The notes: generated by a model not told the origin, from the sequence alone. Positions 44,589 to 54,030 are shown, counted from the first letter of the stretch. The stretch: 64,000 nt of DNA from Patescibacteria group bacterium (GCA_035289165.1 DATDYA010000008.1:572-64571); one strand, 5' to 3'. A program made the numbers and translations.

Positions 44589-45683
44589 TTAGCTCTGAAC
44601 AGGGGGGCTTGTTTTTTGTCGTTCCAAATGATTAAAGAGGATTATTAGGATAATTCCGACAAGCGGCGTAGCAATAACCTGAAGCACTAAATAAAGAATA
44701 CTGCTAATTGCCTCGCCAACTGGCCCGAACAGTGAAAAGATATCTACGACGAAAGAGGCGATTATAACAACCACCGCGACGACCCAAGCCGGAGCATACA
44801 TTCTCCAAAGCACTGCCCACCAATGGTTTTTGGTTAGAGCTTTACTATAAGTCAAACTCTCGGTGGCTTTTTGGTTAGCAAAAAGTACTGATAGATAGTT
44901 GAAGATTAGGCGGATGGAGTAATAAACGAAATGAATTATTCCGTAAACAACTGCGGCGGCGACAATCGCCCCGAAGATCCAGTTGCCTTGGAGTAGAGCG
45001 CCGGTATTTAATCCTCCCAGCGAGTAGGCCATTGAAGTTGTGGCATAAATTGCCCCCAAGATTATGGCCGCGAGCAAAGGCCAAATCGCATAAAGATGAC
45101 CAAGGATTGCCGAACCTAGAAAACTAGAGAGCTTGGTCCAGGCTAGTCGCAAAGTTTCTTTTACCGGCATATTTGGTTGTCCGTCGGTAGTCCGTTTAAT
45201 GGTATAGTAAAGACCAATGGTAAGAAGCAAGCTAAGTATGATGATAGCGATAAAGATTATAACGCTGAAAACAATGACGATAATATATCTGGGGATTAGT
45301 GACAAGAAGGAGGCCAAAATCCAAATTATCACGCCAAGAATTACAAGAGCCGCGACACCTAAGAATTGCCACAGCGGATAGATAATAATATTTTTGAAAT
45401 TTTTTTCATAAATTTTAATTGTATCGTCAAGGATGGCCCAGGCACCCGGAAGGTTCTTGTCCAAACCCATAAGATAGACGAAGCCACAGCCGCTAAAGAT
45501 ACTGGCTAAAATTTTAGGTGCCAGGCTTACTCCGTTGAGGTTGGCGTACCAAAAATTAACACCAAAGCGTATTACAAAAAGTAAGAGCAGGGCGATCGGA
45601 AAGTTTTTGACTCCCATTCCGGCACCAACTGATACTACGATGCCTATTATGTACAAAAGTACATAAAGATTTCTCTTTGACAT
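44589..45683 (-). CDS. Hypothetical polytopic membrane protein (364 aa, at least 7 predicted TM segments)
   Basis: Hydrophobic segments spaced throughout. No catalytic motif recognised. Confidence 0.6.
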   Translation of the reverse strand: MSKRNLYVLLYIIGIVVSVGAGMGVKNFPIALLLLFVIRFGVNFWYANLNGVSLAPKILASIFSGCGFVYLMGLDKNLPGAWAILDDTIKIYEKNFKNIIIYPLWQFLGVAALVILGVIIWILASFLSLIPRYIIVIVFSVIIFIAIIILSLLLTIGLYYTIKRTTDGQPNMPVKETLRLAWTKLSSFLGSAILGHLYAIWPLLAAIILGAIYATTSMAYSLGGLNTGALLQGNWIFGAIVAAAVVYGIIHFVYYSIRLIFNYLSVLFANQKATESLTYSKALTKNHWWAVLWRMYAPAWVVAVVVIIASFVVDIFSLFGPVGEAISSILYLVLQVIATPLVGIILIILFNHLERQKTSPPVQS

Positions 45684-45690
45684 ATTTGTT

Positions 45691-46341
45691 TTAATTAAAC
45701 TTATTTTGAATTATCATCCAAATTTTACCATGAATTTCTTCTGTGGACAATAGCCGTTCGCCATCTTCACATTCAACCAGCTGAAATTCTGGGAATATTT
45801 CGGCCATATGCAAATAGGCTGTTTCGGCATTTTTTAGGTGGTTCAGATCTTTTTCGTGAATATCTTTGACACGGTTTTGCACTTCGGCTCTCTGGTTAAT
45901 CAATTTTTCGGCTGTTTCAGCCTTAACGTGTAGGATGATATTAACATCTGGCCGGGGAATTTGAAAAATGTTATATTCCAGATCGTAATTCCATTCAAAG
46001 AATTTTTTTCTTTCTTCCGGATCAGACATTTTACCGCCCTGATGCCCCATGTTTGATCCGACATAACGGTTAGAAATAACAATTTTGCCTTCTCCCAGCC
46101 ATTGTAAAATTTGTTTTTTGGCGGCAAAGCGATCCACCGCATAGAAAATCGAAGCCTGACGAGCTGTGACCTCACTTAAGGAACCCAAATTTCCGGCCAA
46201 ATACTCTTCGACCATGATTGCACTTTTTTGCCCGTAGCGCGGGAAGCTAATTACTTCTACGGCTCGGCCCATTTTTGACAAATGGTCACGTAGCAATTCT
46301 GTTTGGACGGATTTCCCTGATCCGTCTGTCCCCTCAATCAT
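45691..46341 (-). CDS. tmk: Thymidylate kinase
   Basis: IEGTDGSGKS P-loop, DRF/DRY motif and a lid region. The start is placed at MIEGTDG. Confidence 0.85.
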   Translation of the reverse strand: MIEGTDGSGKSVQTELLRDHLSKMGRAVEVISFPRYGQKSAIMVEEYLAGNLGSLSEVTARQASIFYAVDRFAAKKQILQWLGEGKIVISNRYVGSNMGHQGGKMSDPEERKKFFEWNYDLEYNIFQIPRPDVNIILHVKAETAEKLINQRAEVQNRVKDIHEKDLNHLKNAETAYLHMAEIFPEFQLVECEDGERLLSTEEIHGKIWMIIQNKFN

Positions 46342-46356
46342 TATAAACATAATGTT

Positions 46357-46872
46357 TTAAAGATGAATTCTTAGATATTTTGTTAGCACTAACTCGTTTG
46401 TTTGTCGAATCACTTCTTTTTTCCAATCACTTTCGTGAAGCGAAGGGAAAAAAACATCACCGGAATATTCTTTATCAATGTGCGTGATATACATTTCTTG
46501 AGCCAGATCAGTGGTTTGTTTATATACTGTCCCGCCGCCAATAACGTAGATAGTTTCCTCTAAATCTTTTAGCGCTTTCTTTAAATCATGATAAATGAAC
46601 ACCCCATCCGGTACCCGGTAACTTAAATCGTGAGTCAAGATAATATGTTTACGCTTTTTGAGCGGTTTGCCCTGCTTGGCTAGAATACTTTCAAAGGTCC
46701 GTCGGCCCATGAGAATGGTTTTGCCTTCGGTAATTTCTTTAAACCATTTTAATTCTTCCGGATAATGCCAAGGTAAGGCATTGTTAGAACCAATGACATT
46801 ATTTTTTGCGATCGCGGCAACGATGACGATCTTACTTGTCGGCAGTGGTTGGGGAATGGCCGTATTTTTCAT
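46357..46872 (-). CDS. folA: Dihydrofolate reductase
   Basis: KIVIVAAIAKNNVIGSNNALPWHYPEELKWFKEITEGKTILMGRRTFESI matches the DHFR N-terminal consensus. The start is placed at MKNTAIP, which overlaps the 3' end of thyX by 41 nt. Confidence 0.8.
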   Translation of the reverse strand: MKNTAIPQPLPTSKIVIVAAIAKNNVIGSNNALPWHYPEELKWFKEITEGKTILMGRRTFESILAKQGKPLKKRKHIILTHDLSYRVPDGVFIYHDLKKALKDLEETIYVIGGGTVYKQTTDLAQEMYITHIDKEYSGDVFFPSLHESDWKKEVIRQTNELVLTKYLRIHL

Positions 46873-48481
46873 CAAGTTGTTGTTCCTTAATCCGCTGTTT
46901 TGCTTCGCTGTCCCCACGAGCACTGGAGTAATCATTATGATCAACAAATTTCATAATGCTCGCGCGCCACGGGTTAACTTTGGCAATTTGATCATGCATA
47001 AGTTGGGCAACTTTGCGGTATTGAGGGTGTCCTTGGGGCACGGTTCGAATTTCGAGTAAGTGCATCGCCTCGCGGTCGTTAAAACCAATTAGCCAACGCA
47101 CCCGTGAACCATGCAAAGCGACGTAGGAGGCCGCATCGCCAATTACTGGGTAAGCTTTGTTATAGAAATTTAAGACTTTTTCATGACACTCCAGGGCTTG
47201 GGGAGAAAAACCTGCTTCTATCAAATCGTTTGGTAATTCCATACCATGAATGGGGCTAAATGGTTGGCGCAGTTGGGTGTTCATGCGATGACGCATAATA
47301 TCTTTGTAGCTACCAAAATCTGTTAACATGTCAAAGGTATAAGTATAGCCCGATTCAAACGCTCGACCCGGCCTGTCCCGTCGCGTAGAGCGATCACCAA
47401 CGTAAGTTGTTTTGATCCTCTCTTTTTGTTCGGGAGTAAGATGTTTAACTACCTCGTAGACCTGTGAGAAGGAATGTCTGGTAAATGGATAAAGCATGTG
47501 GGCCACCAGGTAGTCTTCGGTATCGCGTAGTTCCATTGGCACTAAATGGACTTTTTCAGTTAACCCAAACGGTAAAAATCCAAAAATATTTTTGGCTAAG
47601 GATTTCATTTCTGCATCAATTTTTTGGTTGTATTCTTTCACCTTGGCGCGGCGGACATATTGTTTAATAACGTCGGTCAGGGCCTCAAAGGTTTCTTGGC
47701 CAATTTGTTTTACTTCCTCCAAATCCGAACTAATTAAATGTGAAATTAAGTACTGGTAAAATCGTCCGTTGCCAAATACCCCCATATTAGTTTTGGTACT
47801 AATCGGCAATAGACAGCGAAGTGAATCGCAGGCTTTGGTCCGTATATCCATATTATATGTAATACGGAAAGCCTTCTGGTCCTTTTCTTCTTTTAGTTCG
47901 TTATATTTTTGTTTTTGGCCGCTACCCAAGATGTCGTAAGCGGCTGTTTCCAGAGGAAGTCGTTTTTTATAAAACTCTTGCATTGGTGCAATCAAGGCAG
48001 CGTAGGTATCAAAGATAAAATCCATTGTTTCTTCATATTCCTTTGCAAAAGGCGAAGCCATTATTTTTGGTTCGCGGACATACTTGTATTTCCCGTTCTC
48101 ATCTTTTTCATCAAAGAAAACATAGCGGGTAGATTTTTCCAATGGTGAGCCACCAATACGGCGATCCTCGATTTCTTTGGTCGCGAGAATCGAGATATTT
48201 TCGAAAGAGACATGGGCCCCCTCTAATTCACCGACCGAGTCGTCGCCATAAGCGATTAGGACCCGTTCGATAAGCTCATCGGCGTGTTTGTAATCAATTT
48301 TTTCCCCATCCTTCATGAATTCCTCCAATAGCATTTCGCGGAAACCGAGTTTCGATCGGGAGTAGCGTGCATACGCTGCTCCGACAATTCCGTTCATGCC
48401 AGTAATGGCGTAGACCTCCCGTTCCGTACTGGTGACATATGGTTTCAAGACCTCCTTTTCCTCCGGTGTGAAGTTGGGCAT
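46832..48481 (-). CDS. thyX: FAD-dependent thymidylate synthase ThyX, long tandem-domain form (549 aa)
   Basis: The C-terminal half carries the ThyX signature RHRMNTQLRQPFS (RHR-x7-9-S). The N-terminal half is a degenerate ThyX-like repeat (KEIEDRRIGGSPLEKSTRY). Confidence 0.8.
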   Translation of the reverse strand: MPNFTPEEKEVLKPYVTSTEREVYAITGMNGIVGAAYARYSRSKLGFREMLLEEFMKDGEKIDYKHADELIERVLIAYGDDSVGELEGAHVSFENISILATKEIEDRRIGGSPLEKSTRYVFFDEKDENGKYKYVREPKIMASPFAKEYEETMDFIFDTYAALIAPMQEFYKKRLPLETAAYDILGSGQKQKYNELKEEKDQKAFRITYNMDIRTKACDSLRCLLPISTKTNMGVFGNGRFYQYLISHLISSDLEEVKQIGQETFEALTDVIKQYVRRAKVKEYNQKIDAEMKSLAKNIFGFLPFGLTEKVHLVPMELRDTEDYLVAHMLYPFTRHSFSQVYEVVKHLTPEQKERIKTTYVGDRSTRRDRPGRAFESGYTYTFDMLTDFGSYKDIMRHRMNTQLRQPFSPIHGMELPNDLIEAGFSPQALECHEKVLNFYNKAYPVIGDAASYVALHGSRVRWLIGFNDREAMHLLEIRTVPQGHPQYRKVAQLMHDQIAKVNPWRASIMKFVDHNDYSSARGDSEAKQRIKEQQLDEKYGHSPTTADK

Positions 48482-48498
48482 AGGTTAAGGATATTTAA

Positions 48499-51400
48499 TT
48501 AAGCAGCTTGGTCATAAGATTGCTCGGCCAGTCGATCGTTAAGTTCATTATAGGGGATGAGATCCCCTAATTCGTCCTCAGCAATTTCAAAGGTCTCCCC
48601 AGTAAATTTCCCGTTTAAATCAACGGCTTGAGCAGTAAAATATTGGGTCAGGTCTGGGGACTCTCCCGAACTCCCTTGCAAGTTGACTACCCGTCCTTTG
48701 TGGAGTCGGTATTGTCCAATTACTGGCTTATTTTCCTCTTTGGTTGTTGCGGCTTTGGTTTCAACATTAGGTTGGGCGTTGCTTTCAGGGGCTGGTTGTT
48801 TATCACTAGTTTTATCTCCCCTTGTAGCAGACTTTAAGGCGTTTTCTGCCTCCGGCCCGAAAGGTTTCAGTTTATTAGCCATTACGAAACGTTCAGCAGT
48901 AGACTTGTGGCCATTGGCGATGAGTGAGCCAACAATATGTTTTAAAGCTAGGGGTCTTTCGGCTTTTAAGGTGGTTGATGCTACTATCTGGTCAAATAAT
49001 TTTCCTAAATCAACAGTTGGGTTTAGCTCACCTTTCTTGATTGCTGTTTCAGTTTTTATTTTATAGGCTTCAAAACTCTCTCCCTCCTCGCGAGATAGCT
49101 GTTTGATCACTTTGTTACTTTCGGATTCTACTATTGACTCCCCCAGCTCCCCCTTTTCTTTAGTTTTTTTAACTACTTCAGTTGGGTTTATAGATTCTTT
49201 CTTCGCGTCATCTATGTTATCAGGGTGTAGTGGGTGATACGTTTCATACATTTCTCCAGCCTCATCGTCGCCGCCCACGTCTTCTGAATCTGGAGTAATA
49301 ACATCAGGTGTTTCCTCGGTAGCGGCCTCCTTTTGTTTTGACACCGCCTCAGCTCGTAGGTGTTCTGTTACTTGCTTCAAAGCCTCACCGGTTTGGTACT
49401 TAAATTGATCGGTGCCTTCTCGGTAGTCATCTTGCGTATCATTTAAGTCGGCCGTCTTACCCGCTTGTTTGTCGGCTAAGGCCCAGCCCCTACGATTTGT
49501 ATCCGTTTGCATCTTGAGTGGGTCATCGTCTTTAAGTTCTGAATAGACCTCAAATGAAGCTAATTTATCTTGTTCGCTCTCAGTTCTTTTAAAATAATTG
49601 GATTTATATTTTTCACTCTCAAGGAGTCCAGTCTTTTTAGCCAGAAGCGCATCCAAAGCGGCAGTCTGCTCTTCAATTGATGGTTGGGTAGCCTCTGGCG
49701 CCGCTCCGGTTTCCTTGCTAGTGGCTGGGGCGGATTCTTTAACCAACAGTCTTCTTACGTCGCCGGAACGGTGTAGGGCAATTTCATGGCCTTTGGTAAT
49801 TTCTTCATCTATGGTTTGTCGCACCAGCTCGTTTTTAGTTGGCAAGAGAAGGGTTCTGGTATAATTCTCTTGGGCCACCAAATTGTCAATTGGTACAACC
49901 GAATATTCTAGTTTTCCTATGGATAACGTCTTACCTTCTTTCTTCACTACCACATCGTTCCCCTGCTCCTCAAACTGCTTTATCTTTTTATCTACAAAAG
50001 CTTGATCTAAATCTGGCCGTCCTTCAGTCTTAATGTCCCAGTCAGTAAATTGGTAGCCACCGCCTTCAAGTTGCGCTTTGCTAAGTCGGCTAGTATTCTC
50101 GGCTCGAATTTCGATTGTTTGTTCCGCGTCTTTTTCGGCAGCTTCCTGAGCTTTTTCTGAGGAAGACACAGCAGAAGAGGCTGTTTCAGTGGTCGCAGTT
50201 TTGTAATATTGGATTGAATCTTTTAACTGTTGAAGGATTGTTTCCTCGATTTTTAGTCGTCCGATCGTGGTTATTAGCAAATCGGCTTTAGAGTTGTTTG
50301 GATCTTTCATTTTGGCTTCTAGGTCAAGCCGCCCCTCATTGTTCGAAGCTAATTTTTCGTCTGCCCACTGGCTGGCTTTTTCTTTCGAAGTTTTAAGCAA
50401 ATTGCGAAACTCGGAATTAGGCCGTGAAACATCTTCTACAAGCTTGTAGGCTTGAGTCCAAGCATCGCGAGAAGATTTTTGTAGCATCCTTTGGCGGTCT
50501 TGTTGGAAGGTTGGGTCAAAATCCGGATTTTTCCCTCCAAAACGGACGATACTAGATAAGTGTTTAGCAGCACTGTCTACTAATTGTAACTTCATGCCGA
50601 CAATATAACGGGAAAATTCTTTAGAGAAAACTTCGTCATCAACTCCTGACTCCTGGGTTGTTTCTTTAGTCGGAGCAGCCTTTTCGACTGGTTGTTTAGC
50701 CGCTGCTTCTGTTTCAAATTGTTGTCCGCCGTCAATAGCTTCAAAAACTTTTTTGAAAGCATCTTCAGTCGAGAGGTAGTTTTTTAGTGTTGGGCTTACT
50801 TCACCATCTTGGTATTTTTTAGCTAGGAATTTCTGGATATTCGGTAGGCTACCTTCGTCTTTCATTAAATCAAATAAATCACGATCGGCTTGAGACAGTT
50901 TACCAAAAAGTTTGGCCTCAGAAACTTCCTTACTCGGTTTTTGGATTTTTTCGTCTGGGGCTACCTCTTTTGCTACTTCTTCGCCTTGTAACTCGGCGAA
51001 TACTGGCTGTAACTCTTCGATGGTAGATAAGTAGTCGTTAAGTTCTTGACTTACTAGATTCTTTTCATATAGTTTTTTAACTAGATTCTGTCTTTCGGTT
51101 GCAGTTTTGGTTTGGATAATCTGGTTTAAAAGTTCACCATCTTCTGGTGTTAGTTTGCCTTTCATTTCTGCGGCGTCTTCGTCGGTTGGTTCGCCCATTT
51201 TTTCTTCGGATTTTTTAGTATCGTTTCCTTCCGCCCCAGTTGTTTCGGCGTCGACTTCTTTAGTGGCTTCAGAAGCAGTTTTTTTTGCTTCAGCGCGAAG
51301 TACTTCTAACTGTGCAGACAATTCATCGCCAACCCTAGGATCAAGTTCGCCGGCTTTAACCAAATGGTTAATTTTAATTTCTAGATCAACTATAGTGTCT

Positions 51401-51705
51401 TCCGTATGTTTTTCAGTATCCTGAATAATTTCACCCACTTCTTCTTTTAATTCAGCTTGTTTGTCCGACCATTTTTTATCAAAGTATGCTTCCATATCAG
51501 CCCGGTATTTCTCTGATTCTCCAGCTACCTTCGCCCAAATACGGCGAAGTAGGCCGGGTTTTTCTCCGCTAGGTTCTTGGGTTGAGGTTACTTCAGCTTT
51601 TTCTGCTACCCCTTTTTCTTTCATTGCTTTGTTTTGATTATTGAGCGACCCCTCCATTTGCTGAATCTGCTCTCGGCTTAGATCTTCATTAAATCCTGCC
51701 ACCAT
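48499..51705 (-). CDS. Hypothetical 1068-aa highly charged (E/K-rich), coiled-coil-like protein with internal repeats
   Basis: No catalytic motif. Internal repeat LVKKLYEKNLVSQELNDYLSTIEELQPVF / FLAKKYQDGEVSPTLKNYLSTEDAFKKVF. Low-complexity acidic stretches. It is embedded in the dTMP gene block. Confidence 0.7.
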   Translation of the reverse strand: MVAGFNEDLSREQIQQMEGSLNNQNKAMKEKGVAEKAEVTSTQEPSGEKPGLLRRIWAKVAGESEKYRADMEAYFDKKWSDKQAELKEEVGEIIQDTEKHTEDTIVDLEIKINHLVKAGELDPRVGDELSAQLEVLRAEAKKTASEATKEVDAETTGAEGNDTKKSEEKMGEPTDEDAAEMKGKLTPEDGELLNQIIQTKTATERQNLVKKLYEKNLVSQELNDYLSTIEELQPVFAELQGEEVAKEVAPDEKIQKPSKEVSEAKLFGKLSQADRDLFDLMKDEGSLPNIQKFLAKKYQDGEVSPTLKNYLSTEDAFKKVFEAIDGGQQFETEAAAKQPVEKAAPTKETTQESGVDDEVFSKEFSRYIVGMKLQLVDSAAKHLSSIVRFGGKNPDFDPTFQQDRQRMLQKSSRDAWTQAYKLVEDVSRPNSEFRNLLKTSKEKASQWADEKLASNNEGRLDLEAKMKDPNNSKADLLITTIGRLKIEETILQQLKDSIQYYKTATTETASSAVSSSEKAQEAAEKDAEQTIEIRAENTSRLSKAQLEGGGYQFTDWDIKTEGRPDLDQAFVDKKIKQFEEQGNDVVVKKEGKTLSIGKLEYSVVPIDNLVAQENYTRTLLLPTKNELVRQTIDEEITKGHEIALHRSGDVRRLLVKESAPATSKETGAAPEATQPSIEEQTAALDALLAKKTGLLESEKYKSNYFKRTESEQDKLASFEVYSELKDDDPLKMQTDTNRRGWALADKQAGKTADLNDTQDDYREGTDQFKYQTGEALKQVTEHLRAEAVSKQKEAATEETPDVITPDSEDVGGDDEAGEMYETYHPLHPDNIDDAKKESINPTEVVKKTKEKGELGESIVESESNKVIKQLSREEGESFEAYKIKTETAIKKGELNPTVDLGKLFDQIVASTTLKAERPLALKHIVGSLIANGHKSTAERFVMANKLKPFGPEAENALKSATRGDKTSDKQPAPESNAQPNVETKAATTKEENKPVIGQYRLHKGRVVNLQGSSGESPDLTQYFTAQAVDLNGKFTGETFEIAEDELGDLIPYNELNDRLAEQSYDQAA

Positions 51706-51715
51706 ATATTTAAAA

Positions 51716-51883
51716 TTAAAGATTATTAATTTTATTTTTTAATTCCTCAATCTTTTTTTGGTCGGCTTCTTTTACCGCACCTTGAACCAACTTTTTGCTT
51801 TCTTCTTCAATCGCTTTTTCTTTTTTTAAAAATCCAAATAGCAGATTAACTAATTTTTTTGCTTTTTCTTTTATGGTCGCCAT
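51716..51883 (-). CDS. Candidate small ORF (55 aa, K/E-rich helical peptide) between dut and the 1068-aa gene
   Basis: ATG at 51883 through TAA at 51716 gives MATIKEKAKKLVNLLFGFLKKEKAIEEESKKLVQGAVKEADQKKIEELKNKINNL. It is below the 60-aa cutoff of the ORF track and fills an otherwise empty 209-bp gap on the operon strand. Confidence 0.3.
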   Translation of the reverse strand: MATIKEKAKKLVNLLFGFLKKEKAIEEESKKLVQGAVKEADQKKIEELKNKINNL

Positions 51884-51914
51884 AATATTTTTTTAGAAAC
51901 AATTTTTATTTTAA

Positions 51915-52346
51915 CTAAACACCAGTCGAACCAAAACCGCCCCGGTCGGGACTACCCACATTTTCTGTTTCCTCCCACTTTCCTTGCTCATATTTTACAA
52001 ACATCCCCTGGGCAATTCGTTCACCCTTTTCAATTTTAACTTCCTGATCAGTTAAATTATATACCGAAACCAGTATTTCGTCAGTTGGCCCGCAGTAATC
52101 GCTGTCTATAACCCCGACGCTATTAGCCAGCATTAGCCCTTTGCGTGGTGCCAAGCTTGAACGGGAAAAGATTAATAAAACGTAGCCGGGCGGGGTGGCT
52201 ACGATTAAATTTGAGGGTACCTTAAATTGACCGCGGGCTGGAACGATACAGTCCTCGCGGGAGTAGATGTCAAAAGCGGCCGCGCCAGCAGTTTTGTATT
52301 CAGGCAAGGGTAAGGAGGTGTCAATTCTTTTAATTTTAACTTGCAT
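51915..52346 (-). CDS. dut: dUTP diphosphatase
   Basis: AGAAAFDIYS, SRSSLAPRKG, GVIDSDY and a C-terminal RGGFGSTG motif. The start is placed at MQVKIKRID. Confidence 0.9.
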   Translation of the reverse strand: MQVKIKRIDTSLPLPEYKTAGAAAFDIYSREDCIVPARGQFKVPSNLIVATPPGYVLLIFSRSSLAPRKGLMLANSVGVIDSDYCGPTDEILVSVYNLTDQEVKIEKGERIAQGMFVKYEQGKWEETENVGSPDRGGFGSTGV

Positions 52347-52911
52347 AATGGGCAATAAATTTTTCAATTTCCTTTTTGTACTCTTCTAGGGTGCCAGTAT
52401 TTAAAATGGTATAATCCGCCATCGCAATTGGCCCGCCTTTTTCAACATTTTCAATCTCGTTATAATCTCTTTTCTTGGCATCTTCCTTGGTGAACGAACG
52501 ATTACGAAGATCTTTATCCTCTGGGCCAGAGACTCGGCTGGAAATTCTTTCGTAACGCAAAGCTGGTGGTGCATAAACCGCGACAATGGTAAGACGATCA
52601 CCGTAATAATCTTTTAATACTTTGTATTCCGACCAGCTATAGAGTCCGTCGGCTACCAGATTTTTACTTTCCAGGACCTTGTCAAATTTAGGGATATTTA
52701 ATTTTGCTACTGCGGCCATACCGTGTTCGGTGCGGAGTTCTTCGCGAATAATCTTTTCATTTTTTTCATTAGTTTCCCAGCCTCTTTCTTTTAAAATGTC
52801 TAAGTTGATCTGTCCAAATCTGACGTAGCCCCAACCCCTTTCGACCAGCATGTCTGCTAGCACGCTTTTACCGGCGCCGCACATACCAACAATTGCAATT
52901 ACTTTTTTCAT
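52336..52911 (-). CDS. P-loop nucleoside/nucleotide kinase-like protein (dephospho-CoA-kinase / UPF0200-like), paralog B
   Basis: Walker A IAIVGMCGAGKS. About 190 aa with an adenylate-kinase-like layout. Confidence 0.5.
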   Translation of the reverse strand: MKKVIAIVGMCGAGKSVLADMLVERGWGYVRFGQINLDILKERGWETNEKNEKIIREELRTEHGMAAVAKLNIPKFDKVLESKNLVADGLYSWSEYKVLKDYYGDRLTIVAVYAPPALRYERISSRVSGPEDKDLRNRSFTKEDAKKRDYNEIENVEKGGPIAMADYTILNTGTLEEYKKEIEKFIAHYAS

Positions 52912-52912
52912 A

Positions 52913-53500
52913 TTACTTTTTGGATTTTATCTCGCTTAAAATTTTTTCAATTTCAGTATAGAATTCTTCAAAACTTAAATTATTATAAATAGTGTATTCA
53001 GCACTTTTGCCTAATTCTTTAATTAAAATATCCGCTTCGGCCTGTTCATCTTTTAAAAATTCTTCGTAAGTTTTTTCCATGTCATCCTCATTTTCACCGC
53101 GTTTTACCAGGCGTTCCCAGCGCAATTTAGATTCCGCAGTAATGTATATTAAGTGAAAACCAGGAATCTCCCGTAAGTAAGTAATGTCGGTTGGACGGCG
53201 TACCCCCTCAACAACCACTATTTCGTTTGGGTCATTTTTTACATCCTCGGCAATGACTTTACTTAAAACGTCTTGGCCAAAGTTTTCTCTTAATACTGTC
53301 GATATATTTTGTAAGTTTCCTCGCGTTTCCGGTAGATACAGACGGTTAATAATATCTCGTAAAATTGTTGAGAAACGATAAGAATTAGAATTATATTTTT
53401 CTTTTAAATATTTGGCGGCTGTACCTTTTCCAGAAGACAAATCACCAACAAACCCAAGAATTATTTTACTGGTTGGCATATTGTTCAAGATTTTCATCAA
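52913..53500 (-). CDS. P-loop nucleoside/nucleotide kinase-like protein, paralog A
   Basis: Walker-A-like GDLSSGKGT, then VVVEGVRRPTDITYL...LIYITAESKLRWERLVKRG. Confidence 0.5.
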   Translation of the reverse strand: MMKILNNMPTSKIILGFVGDLSSGKGTAAKYLKEKYNSNSYRFSTILRDIINRLYLPETRGNLQNISTVLRENFGQDVLSKVIAEDVKNDPNEIVVVEGVRRPTDITYLREIPGFHLIYITAESKLRWERLVKRGENEDDMEKTYEEFLKDEQAEADILIKELGKSAEYTIYNNLSFEEFYTEIEKILSEIKSKK

Positions 53501-53969
53501 AATATATTAGGTCCATACCTACCTCATGAAACATTTCTTCAGATTCGCTTCCAGCATGGTATTTTTTTTCACAAACAACCTTTTTGATACCAGCATTAAT
53601 GATCATCTTTGCGCAAACTGCACACGGTGTCATTTTACAATAAAGGGTGGCACCATCAATGGCGACCCCTATCTTTGCGGCTTGAACAATCGCATTTTGT
53701 TCGGCGTGAGCAGTGCGGACGCAGTGCTGGCTTTGGTGACCATCTTCGTGAATGGTGGTTTTCATTTGGTGGCCGATTTCATCACAGTGGGGCATACCTT
53801 TTGGCGATCCAACGTAGCCGGTAACAAGGATTTGTTTGTCTTTGGCGATGACACAGCCACTTCGTCCACGATCACACGTGGCGCGTTTTGCAACAGCACG
53901 TGCCACCTCCATGAAGTATTCATCCCAGGTCGGTCGAACGTATTTTTTTATGGGTGTTTGAGTAGACAT
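53466..53969 (-). CDS. comEB: dCMP deaminase (ComEB-type cytidine/deoxycytidylate deaminase)
   Basis: Zinc motifs HAEQNAI and PCAVCAKMI. 167 aa. Confidence 0.85.
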   Translation of the reverse strand: MSTQTPIKKYVRPTWDEYFMEVARAVAKRATCDRGRSGCVIAKDKQILVTGYVGSPKGMPHCDEIGHQMKTTIHEDGHQSQHCVRTAHAEQNAIVQAAKIGVAIDGATLYCKMTPCAVCAKMIINAGIKKVVCEKKYHAGSESEEMFHEVGMDLIYFDENLEQYANQ

Positions 53970-54030
53970 ATAGCATTTAAATATATTTACAGTTTAGCAG
54001 AGAAATCGTCCTCTGCCAAGTGCTATTTGA

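Noticed and set aside
46832-46872. Treating the thyX/folA overlap as evidence of a frameshift or fusion
   Set aside because: Both proteins are complete and in different frames. The overlap is most simply explained by translational coupling or a slightly different folA start.
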